Source of the DNA: an uncultured Bacteroidota bacterium | GTDB taxonomy: Bacteria; Bacteroidota; Ignavibacteria; UBA10030; UBA6906 | Assembly (NCBI GenBank): GCA_963734955.1 | Contig: CAVTJO010000007.1 | Location: forward strand, 333,567 to 397,566 | Reading direction: 5' to 3' | DNA length: 64,000 nt | In this document: positions 1 through 8,490 of the stretch, piece after piece | Numbering within the stretch: position 1 is the first letter of the stretch | Layout: each line of letters begins with the position of its first letter | Notes under the pieces: generated by a model | Told to the model about the DNA's origin: nothing | The model's input: the letters and a program-made list of their open reading frames with translations, nothing else | Databases searched by the model: none | Position numbers and translations under genes: made by a program

Positions 1-78
1 ACTTGGTTGATAGGCCACAGATGTAAGTGCAGTAATGCATTGAGTCGAGTGGTACTAATAGGTCGTGCGACTTAACCA
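1..78 (+). rRNA. rrl: 23S rRNA, 3' end (partial)
   Basis: Sequence TTGATAGGC...GTAATGCATTGAG...GGTACTAATAGGTCGTGCGACTTAACC matches the conserved 3'-terminal region of bacterial 23S rRNA; a 5S gene follows ~150 bp later. Confidence 0.9.
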
Positions 79-158
79 TTTCTTTATTGAAGCGGATCTG
101 TTCAGGGTGCATCAATAAGAATATGGAAAGACGCCTGATGTCAGAAAGCATTCTTTGC

Positions 159-205
159 CATCCCGCCTTGCCGGGATGAGCATCCCGCAATCTTCTTTTG
201 CGGGA
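159..205. repeat. Two adjacent GC-rich palindromes (REP-like) in the 23S-5S spacer
   Basis: CATCCCG-ccttgc-CGGGATG (159-178) and TCCCGCAA-tcttctt-TTGCGGGA (183-205); both begin with CATCCCGC. Confidence 0.5.
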
Positions 206-230
206 CCAATCTGTCAGAGTTGAATACAAC

Positions 231-348
231 TTCTGGCGACCATAGCGGAGGTGTTACACCCGATCCCATTCCGAACTCGGCAGTTAAGCCCTCCAGCGCC
301 GATGGTACTGCTCGTGCGAACGTGTGGTAGAGTAGGACGTTGCCGGAG
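231..348 (+). rRNA. rrf: 5S rRNA
   Basis: TTCTGGCGACCATAGCG...CCCGATCCCATTCCGAACTCGGCAGTTAAGC...GATGGTACTG...GAGTAGGACGTTGCCGGAG carries the canonical 5S motifs, and the ends pair. Confidence 0.97.
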
Positions 349-363
349 TTATTTTATTTATAG

Positions 364-400
364 AGGCCTCAAGTGCTGAACTTGAGGCCTTTTCTGTTCT
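364..400 (+). terminator. Rho-independent terminator of the rRNA operon
   Basis: Perfect 10-bp stem AGGCCTCAAG/CTTGAGGCCT with a 7-nt loop, followed by TTTCTGTTCTT. Confidence 0.8.
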
Positions 401-1156
401 TAGCCCTTGCCGAGCACGAATCAAACTGGAGGAACCCGCCTGTTCTCGGCGGGAGTTTGTTGGGTTGAGACTCTTCGGAAGAAGTCTGGACATCGTCTGT
501 GAAGGATGAAGATGTTTGCTTTTTCTTTTGCAGTGGGCTATATTCCCTTCACATGGCTTCTATTAAAGCAGGTTTCACCAAACTCTGTACTCCGGATACC
601 CTTCGGCAGAACTAACCGACTCAGGGTCTGCGCTCCGAGAGACCGATCCCTTGAACAGTCGCTCCATCATCCGACAAATGAAAAATCCAGCGTGCGTCAA
701 GGACTCAGCCTACTTTCTCAGGAGCAGTAATGCCCTACCGGCCCCCATTAGACACTGCTGTCCCCTCTATCTACTTTCTGTTCTTGCTCCATCCTTCTGC
801 GCGTGCTCAATGTATGACCAACCGATATCCGGTGTGAATGTTATTGTCACCGGTCTGAACATCCAGGGTATTCGCGGTGGTGTAACTGATGACCTTGGGT
901 ACTGCAAATGTGCTTGATCTTTCGCCTGAGTTGTCTTTTATTGACTTCTTGCGCTCACACCTCATTCGCGATATTTTCCACATTGCCAGCCAGCGCAAGC
1001 CGGTAGACATCGATAAGAATCATGGATACCTGACGCATTTGGGAACTTCTACGCTAACCCGACGTACGGACAAGCATTCAGGTACCAGCCCCCCATGTCC
1101 GTTCGGTTGGGGATGGAGGTGAGTTTCTGGACGGCGGTTCATCCACATCAAGTGAA

Positions 1157-2002
1157 TTGAGGCTTGCGCGTTGGGGGCCGTGGCTCCTGATGAGCGTTCT
1201 TTCAGTCGTTGCCGGCGGATGCAGTTCTCCGCCGCCAATACCGGTGGAGGGTCTTCAGCTCTGGTTGAAGGCGGATGCAGGCGTTACGCTCAATGGCTCG
1301 AACGTCAGTAAGTGGGCAGACCAGAGCGGCAACGGTAATGATGCAATCCAACCAGATTTGCGACGTCAGCCGCTCCTGGCGAAGGATGGTCTGAATGGGA
1401 AACCCACGATTCGGTTTGACGGCCTTGACGATAGGTTGGGCCTGACTGGCTCGAAACGGCTGGCGCAGATCAGTCTGTTCATGGTATTCAAAATGGACTG
1501 GGGCACCTATGTGACCTACGATCCCATCGACTTCGGCGATATTCAAGCCGACGGCCAGGTATGGGGCATCAGCTTGCAGAGTCAGTATACCAGTTTCTCT
1601 CCAGACACCGTCAATATTTTCGCCGGATTTTATGGTGCAGAAAGGGCAGTTTTGCCCCGCTGTGCGGCATTGGGCATGTGGCATAGTATCAGTGTTGTCA
1701 CCGATCGCGTCATGCGGAACACGACCTTCCGAGCAAATGGGATCGATGCGCAGGTGCTACACCCGCACATCAATGTGTCCATCTCCGTTCCCATCGGGAA
1801 CTCGACGGGCACTGGCATGGGACAAATTGCGGGGCCCGATGGCACTCAGCCCCCACCCGGTAGTACCGCTGCCAAATGCGATATCGCAGAAGTGATCCTC
1901 TATGACGTGGTCATCTCAGATTCATTAAGGCGGTCGGTGGAGCAGTACCTTGGAATGAGGTATCAGCTTCCGCCGACAGGAGAAGTCAAATCACGACAGT
2001 AA
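1157..2002 (+). CDS. LamG/concanavalin A-like jelly-roll lipoprotein, array copy 1
   Basis: Lipobox VAGG-C; motifs LQLWLKADAG, WADQSGNGNDA, LNGKPTIRFDG and IAEVILYD..LSD..R..VE.YL are typical of LamG-like domains. Confidence 0.7.
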   Translation: MRLARWGPWLLMSVLSVVAGGCSSPPPIPVEGLQLWLKADAGVTLNGSNVSKWADQSGNGNDAIQPDLRRQPLLAKDGLNGKPTIRFDGLDDRLGLTGSKRLAQISLFMVFKMDWGTYVTYDPIDFGDIQADGQVWGISLQSQYTSFSPDTVNIFAGFYGAERAVLPRCAALGMWHSISVVTDRVMRNTTFRANGIDAQVLHPHINVSISVPIGNSTGTGMGQIAGPDGTQPPPGSTAAKCDIAEVILYDVVISDSLRRSVEQYLGMRYQLPPTGEVKSRQ

Positions 2003-2022
2003 TCCTGAAGCGACCATGGACG

Positions 2023-2835
2023 ATGTTGATTGTTGCGCTCGCTTTTTGTGGGATCCAGTGCACCGGGCCGGCACCGATACCCACTGCCGGTCTTCAACTC
2101 TGGCTGAAAGCAGATGCAGGCGTGACGCTCAATGGCTCGAACGTCAGCAAGTGGGCTGACCAGAGCGGCCAAGGGAATGATGCCATCCAACTGGATTTGC
2201 CGCGTCAGCCGCTCCTTGTGAAGGACGGCCTGAACGGCAAACCCACCATTCGGTTTGACGGCCTTGGCAACAGGTTGGGGCTGACGGGCTCGAAACGCAT
2301 GACCAAAATCAGTCTGTTCATAGTGTTCAAAATGGATTCCGGTACGTATGTGAGCCATAATCTCATCGACTTTGGCGATATCGATGCTGAGGGCAGTGTG
2401 TGGGGGGTCAATCTGCAAACCAGCTATACCGGATTCTCTCCGGACATCGTCAACATCTTCGCTGGCCAATATGGTGAAGTAAGGGCGGTTGCACCACGCT
2501 GTGCCGCATTTGGCATGTGGCATAGTATTAGTGTCGTCACCGATCGCGTCATGAGCACCACGACCGTTCGTGAGAATGGGATTGATGCGCAGACGACCCT
2601 GCCGCACAACAACTTGTCTATCTCCGTTCCCATAGGGAACCCCACAGGCACAGGCGGGCAAATTGCAGGGCCCGATGGGACGCAGCCCCCACCCGGCAGG
2701 ACTGCTGCCAAATGCGACATCGCTGAAGTGATTCTCTACGACAGAGTCCTCTCAGATTCGCTAAGGCGGTCGGTGGAGCAATACCTCGGAATGAAGTATC
2801 AGCTTCCGCCGACAGGAGAAGTCAAATCACGATAG
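2023..2835 (+). CDS. LamG-like secreted/lipoprotein, array copy 2
   Basis: Paralogue of 1157..2002 with a near-identical N- and C-terminal scaffold; hydrophobic leader ending GIQ-C. The start may lie up to 33 nt upstream. Confidence 0.7.
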   Translation: MLIVALAFCGIQCTGPAPIPTAGLQLWLKADAGVTLNGSNVSKWADQSGQGNDAIQLDLPRQPLLVKDGLNGKPTIRFDGLGNRLGLTGSKRMTKISLFIVFKMDSGTYVSHNLIDFGDIDAEGSVWGVNLQTSYTGFSPDIVNIFAGQYGEVRAVAPRCAAFGMWHSISVVTDRVMSTTTVRENGIDAQTTLPHNNLSISVPIGNPTGTGGQIAGPDGTQPPPGRTAAKCDIAEVILYDRVLSDSLRRSVEQYLGMKYQLPPTGEVKSR

Positions 2836-2852
2836 TAATTCTCGAAGAGACC

Positions 2853-3674
2853 TTGGCGGTGTTGATGGTTGCGCTCGCTCTTTGTGGGATCCAGTGCAGC
2901 GGGCAGGCACCGATACCGACTGCCGGTCTTCAACTCTGGCTGAAAGCAGATGCAGGCGTGACTCTCAATGGCTCGAACGTCAGTAAGTGGGCTGACCAGA
3001 GCGGCAAAGGTAATGATGCCATCCAACCGGATTTGCCACGTCAACCGTTCCTGGTGAGGGATGGTCTGAACGGGAAGCCCACAATTCGGTTTGACGGCCT
3101 TGATGACAGGTTGGGACTGACCGGATCGAAGCGTATGACTCAGATCAGCTTTTTCATGGTATTCAAAATGGATTCCGATACCTTTGCAGATGACGATCCT
3201 ATCTTGTTCGGCGACATCGATGTTGACGGACATATATGGGGTGTGGCACTGGAAAACGAGCTTACGGGATTCTCTCCGGATACGATCAACATATACTCTG
3301 GATTCAACGGCGTACACGCAGTTGTACCACGCCGTGTCACGCTTGGCATGTGGCATAATATCAGTGTCGTCACCGATGGCGTTATGTGGAACACCACGTT
3401 GAGGGCCAATGGGGTGGATGCGCAGGTCACGCACATGCACGATATTAACATGTTCATCTCTGTTCCCATTGGAAATCCCACTGGCACGGGGGTGGGTGGA
3501 ATTGGAGGGACCGATGGCGTTCGGCCTCCGATTGGGCGTACCGCAACCAATTGCGACGTCGCGGAAGTGATTCTGTACGACACAGTCCTCCCGGATTCGC
3601 TGAGGAGGTCGGTGGAGCAGTACCTTGGAATGAAGTATCAGCTCCCGCCGACAGGAGAAGTCCAATCACGATAG
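2853..3674 (+). CDS. LamG-like secreted/lipoprotein, array copy 3
   Basis: Paralogue with the same scaffold motifs; TTG start, leader ending GIQ-C. Confidence 0.7.
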   Translation: MAVLMVALALCGIQCSGQAPIPTAGLQLWLKADAGVTLNGSNVSKWADQSGKGNDAIQPDLPRQPFLVRDGLNGKPTIRFDGLDDRLGLTGSKRMTQISFFMVFKMDSDTFADDDPILFGDIDVDGHIWGVALENELTGFSPDTINIYSGFNGVHAVVPRRVTLGMWHNISVVTDGVMWNTTLRANGVDAQVTHMHDINMFISVPIGNPTGTGVGGIGGTDGVRPPIGRTATNCDVAEVILYDTVLPDSLRRSVEQYLGMKYQLPPTGEVQSR

Positions 3675-3697
3675 TCATCCCGAACCGAGCATTGTCG

Positions 3698-4504
3698 ATG
3701 TTGATGGTTGCTCTCGCTCTGTGTGGGATCCAGTGCGGCGTGCCGGCACCGATACCCACTGCCGATCTTCAACTCTGGCTGAAAGCGGATGCGGGTGTGA
3801 CCCTCAATGGCTCGAAGGTAAGCAAGTGGGCTGACCAGAGCGGCAATAGTAATGACGCGATTGAGCAGGACGGAGATCGTCAGCCACTCCTTGTGGCGAA
3901 CGGCCTGAACGGCAAACCCACGATTCGCTTTGACGGAGTTAATGATCGGCTGGGACTGACAGGCTCGAAGCTTATGTCTCAGATCAGTCTCTTCATCGTA
4001 TTCAAGATAGACTCTGGTGTGCTCGACTACGTTCCCATCGCATTCGGCGACATGGATGCTGACGGCCGGATCTGGGGACTTTACGTCACCGGGGATGCGG
4101 GATACTCTCCGGACACCATTTATGTCTTTGGTGGATTCAATAGGGGAGCAAGAGCGATTGCGCGAGGGTGTGCTGCATTCGGCCTGTGGCACTATATCAG
4201 CGTGGTCACCAATGGCGTCATATGGAGCACCACGTTGCGTGTGAACGGGATGGACGCAAAGATGTCATTTGACCCGATCGATATGTCTCTCTCGGTTCCC
4301 ATTGGCAACCCAACCGGCACCGGTACAGGTGGAATCGCAGGGGGCGATGCTCTGCGGCCTCCGTTCGGGCGGATCGCTTCCAAATGCGACATCGCGGAAG
4401 TGATTCTGTACGACACGGTCCTTTCGGATTTGCAGAGGCGGTCAGTCGAGCACTATCTGGCCGAAAAGTATGGACTTCCACAGATGGTCGGAGCTGGGAA
4501 ATAG
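3698..4504 (+). CDS. LamG-like secreted/lipoprotein, array copy 4
   Basis: Paralogue with the same scaffold and a divergent C-terminus. ATG 3698 aligns with the start of copy 2; the ORF-track start at 3551 overlaps copy 3. Confidence 0.7.
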   Translation: MLMVALALCGIQCGVPAPIPTADLQLWLKADAGVTLNGSKVSKWADQSGNSNDAIEQDGDRQPLLVANGLNGKPTIRFDGVNDRLGLTGSKLMSQISLFIVFKIDSGVLDYVPIAFGDMDADGRIWGLYVTGDAGYSPDTIYVFGGFNRGARAIARGCAAFGLWHYISVVTNGVIWSTTLRVNGMDAKMSFDPIDMSLSVPIGNPTGTGTGGIAGGDALRPPFGRIASKCDIAEVILYDTVLSDLQRRSVEHYLAEKYGLPQMVGAGK

Positions 4505-4515
4505 ACGGGGTTTTT

Positions 4516-7500
4516 ATGCGCGTTGGACCGAAACAACTCAGCACGCTGCTTCTCCTGGCTTTGCCGGCACACGTCTACGCCCGCTTGCCCGACCTGACTT
4601 TCGAACATCTGACAAACCATCAGGGTCTACTGGGAAATGAAGTGCATTGCCTTCTTCAGGACAGTCGCGGGTACATGTGGTTTGGGACGGAGAAAGGATT
4701 GAACAGGTATGATGGGTACGGCTTCACCGTGTACAAGCATGAGCCGGGAAACCCTTCGAGCATTGTCGATGCCAAAGTGCAGTCTCTGTGGGAAGATAAG
4801 CAGGGAACGCTCTGGGTTGGGACGTGGCAGGGTCTCGAGAAGTTTGATCGCGCATCAAATACATTCACTCATTTCTTGCCCAATCCGCAAGCGCCGCCCG
4901 GCGATTGGAGCAATGTCATCTACGATCTTCGTGAAGGCAAAGATGGCACACTCTGGGTGGGAGGAGACGGGCTCAAGGCCTTCGATAGATCCACGGGAAA
5001 ATTCACCTTCTTCCGGCATGACAGCAGCGATACTCATAGTCTTCTTCATGACCATGTGAATGCAATCTACGAGGATAAGTCGGGCGCATTGTGGATAGGC
5101 ACCGGTGGAGGTCTTGATCGGATGGACCCTTCAACGGGAAAGTTCGTTCACTACTGGCGTGACGAAAACATGCACACCGGGTTCTTCCCGGAGTGGGGAA
5201 CTTCAGTCCATTGGATCCAGACAATCTACGAAGACCGAAAAGGGATCCTCTGGCTCTGTACAAACGGAGGTCCTGTTGCTTTTGATCGAAAGACAGGCGC
5301 TTGTAAGCCCTACCGTATCTTTCGGTCCGAACCCGATAGTACGAACCGCAGTGTCTCCTCGGTGTGTGAAGATGAGTCGGGCAACCTGTGGATCGGCACG
5401 TGGGGAAAAGGTCTGATGGCTTATGACGAGCGGGCAGATAGTTTCGTTTCCTCTCATCTCGACTCCACCGTCCTGCCCTCTAATGGTATTTGCACGTTGT
5501 ACAAAGACCGCGCCGGGACCCTATGGATAGGAACAAATGGAGACGGTGTTTTGAAGGCGGTAAGAACCGAAAGCCGGTTCACACCCTTTGTCCATGATGG
5601 CCGTAAGCCGACGGGTCTCTCGAACAACGATGTGAGGTTCATCTATCAGGATGGCAACCGGATCACCATAGGGACCGCACTCGGAACCGATGACTTCAAC
5701 CGGCGCACGGGAGTTTTCCATGATCCGGTTGCATGGGAACGACCCTATCCCATCACAGGCGCTTTTCGTTCACGGTCCGGCATCATCTGGACAGGAATGG
5801 AAGATGATGGAATAAACCGGGTGCAGGATAATCCCTACAGGCGCAAGTTCTACAGTACCCGGCAAGCAGGTCTCGGCAGCTCCGCGTGCTCGATCTTTGA
5901 GGACCGGAGAGGTCTCGTGTGGATGCTGATCAGTAACACAGGACTCTGCCAGTTCGACCCACGAACTGAGCAGTTCAAGAATCTTAGCATCGGCCAGACC
6001 CAGTCTTCAGTTTCTGCACGCTCGATCATTGAGGATTCGATCGACAACACGGAAAAGGGATGGGCGCTCTGGATTGGCACCAATGATGGCTTGTGGAGGT
6101 ACGATGCCCGGGCTGATGCATTCACACGGTTTGGCCATGACCCCAAAGACCCCGCCAGTCTTTCGAGCAATACAGTAGCGACGGTGTTTCGGGATTCACA
6201 TGGCATGCTCTGGATCGGGACTGACCAGGGAGCTGAACCGGATGGACTCGACGACCGGCCGGTTCGAGTCTTACACCGAAAACAACGGACTACCGGACAA
6301 TCTTGTTCTCGGTATCCTTGAAGACGGACACGATCGCATTTGGCTCAGCACACCCAAAGCGATTTCGAAGCTCGATCCCCAAACGAAAAGGTTTGTCAAC
6401 TATGGTATGAAAGAGGTCTTGCCGGACATCCGTTTCGGTCCGGGATGTTGTCTCCGAAGCACGGACGGCGAAATGTACTTCGGCGGGGAAGGCGGCTTTG
6501 TTATTTTTAATCCCGACAGCATCAGAGAGAATCTGTATGCCCCGCCTCTTGTGATCACGGGGTTCAAGAAATTCGACGCAGCCGTGACACTCGACAGCGC
6601 GATCTCCGAGAAGAAAGCAATCGAGCTGTCATACAAGGACAATATGTTCTCGTTCGAGTTCATCGCTTTGAACTTCACCCACCCGGAAGAAAACCAATAC
6701 GCGTATAAGCTTGAGGGGCACGACAACGATTGGACTTATTGTGGTAACCAGCAGTACGCACGGTACATCAATATTGAGGAAGGGAAATACGTGTTCAGAG
6801 TGAAGGGATCGAACAATGATGGAGTCTGGAATGAGGAAGGGATTTCCCTTGCTGTGATTATCACTCCGCCATGGTGGAAGACTGCATGGTTCACTGTTTT
6901 TCTTTGGGTGTCTGTTGCAGGTTCTATTGGCGGTACGGCGAGATATATTGAGATGAGAAAGTTGAAGAAGAAAATCGACCAGTTGGAACGTGAGCGGGCG
7001 TTGGAGCATGAGCGAGCCCGCATTTCACAGGACATGCATGATGAAGTCGGGTCCAGTTTGTCAGAGATCTCCATACTTAGTGAGCTGGCAAAAAAGAAGC
7101 CGGAGGAGGCAGGAGCGCACATTCAGGAAATCTCCGAGCGTGCTGCAGAAGTGATTGACAGTGTCAGCGAAATTGTCTGGGCGATGAACCCGAAGAACGA
7201 CACGCTCGACAACCTCGTGGCCCACGTACGAAGATACTCGGTCAAGTATCTGAGCCTTGCACGCATCGGGTGCAAGTTCGTTGCCCCGGATACTGTTCCT
7301 GCAACGCCCCTTGCGGCGGAGGTGCGACGGAACCTGTTTCTCGTCGTCAAAGAGACGCTGCATAACGTCGTCAAACATTCAAAAGCAACAGAGGTTACGA
7401 TGACTGTAGAGTGTGAGGAAAACAGAGTCGGAAATTCTGATTGCGGACAATGGAAACGGGTTCGTCATCGATGAACGCCAGGGGACGGGCAACGGACTTA

Positions 7501-7619
7501 CTAACATGGTCAAGCGGATGGCCGATGTCGGCGGGACATGTACAATCCAGTCGACGCCGGACCTTGGGACCGTTATTGCATTTGCCATTCCAATACGAAC
7601 GGAGAGCCACGATGCATAG
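4516..7619 (+). CDS. Sensor histidine kinase: periplasmic beta-propeller (Reg_prop repeats) + Y_Y_Y + TM + HisKA_3/HATPase; two +1 frameshifts (~6231, ~7430)
   Basis: Repeated (L/M)W(F/I/V)GT motifs, YAYKLEG and YVFRVKGSNNDGVWN (Y_Y_Y), ERARISQDMHDEVGS (H-box), DNGNGF and GNGLTNM (G-boxes). These are spread over three frames joined by single extra bases. Confidence 0.9.
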
Positions 7620-7702
7620 ACCGACCCTCACTCCGGTGCCCTGGCATTCAATTACTTCATTCTCAGTATTGAATCATCAATCCTTCAGCATTACATTGAG
7701 CC

Positions 7703-8332
7703 ATGGCTATCAAGGTTGCAATCGTTGAAGACAACGAGAAGATTCGTGAGGGTCTGGCCACATTGATTGACGGCTCGGAAGGATTCCAGTGCACTGCCAC
7801 GTACGAGAGCGCAGAGGAGGCTCTCCGTCGTTTACCTGCATACAACCCCGACGTAGTGCTGATGGATATTCAGTTACCCCGCATGTCCGGAATTGAGTGT
7901 GTTGAGAAATTGAAAGAGAAGAATCCGGAGCTTCAGATCATGATGCTCACGGTGTACGAAGACGACGAGAAGGTTTTTAAGTCCCTTGTTGCCGGAGCCA
8001 GCGGATATATTCTCAAGCGAACGCGTCCGGCTGAATTGTTGGAGGCAATCCGGGAACTGCACGAAGGCGGTTCCCCGATGTCCGACCAGATTGCGCGCAA
8101 GGTTGTTCAGGCATTCCAGCAAATGGGGAAGTCGTCCAAGGAAACGGAAAACCTTTCCGATCGCGAAATGGAAATCCTCTCATTCCTTGCCAAGGGATAT
8201 CATGACAAGGAGATCGCTGAGAAGTTTTTCCTGAGCATCAAGACTGTTCGCACGCACCTTCGCAACATCTACAAAAAACTCCACGTCCGTTCACGCACTG
8301 AGGCGGTGTTGAAGTATCTACAGAAGTCATAG
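7703..8332 (+). CDS. NarL/FixJ-family response regulator (REC + LuxR HTH)
   Basis: IVEDN, DVVLMDIQLP (phospho-Asp), GASGYILK; C-terminal LSDREMEIL...KTVRTHLRNIYKKLHV. Confidence 0.95.
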   Translation: MAIKVAIVEDNEKIREGLATLIDGSEGFQCTATYESAEEALRRLPAYNPDVVLMDIQLPRMSGIECVEKLKEKNPELQIMMLTVYEDDEKVFKSLVAGASGYILKRTRPAELLEAIRELHEGGSPMSDQIARKVVQAFQQMGKSSKETENLSDREMEILSFLAKGYHDKEIAEKFFLSIKTVRTHLRNIYKKLHVRSRTEAVLKYLQKS

Positions 8333-8459
8333 GCGCGAACTCGTCCACCCCATTTCGTTCCTCCTACCTAATTGTGCTGATGTTCCCCCGGAAGAGTCTT
8401 TTCTGAGGGGAAGGTTACGCACAAATGCCGATTTCTCCTGCTGATAAGTGATAGTAGTT

Positions 8460-8490
8460 TAGGCTCCACCATTTCTCACGGAGGAGCCTA
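8460..8490 (+). promoter_or_regulatory. Hairpin sequestering the RBS and first base of the start codon of the beta-propeller gene
   Basis: TAGGCTCC (8460-8467) is the exact reverse complement of GGAGCCTA (8483-8490), which overlaps GGAGGAG and the A of ATG. Confidence 0.4.

Noticed and set aside
284-493. 69-aa minus-strand ORF
   Set aside because: It is antisense to the 5S rRNA and its terminator.
651-917. Possible remnant of a secreted protein with a carboxypeptidase-regulatory-like domain (DQPISGVNVIVTGLNIQGIRGGVTDDLGY)
   Set aside because: The resemblance is short, there is no convincing start or continuation, and it cannot be supported without a search.
1157-4504. Diversity-generating retroelement or integron cassette array as the explanation for the LamG repeats
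   Set aside because: There is no reverse transcriptase or integrase in the window. Differences between copies include non-adenine substitutions and indels, whole genes are repeated, and the junctions have no room for attC palindromes.
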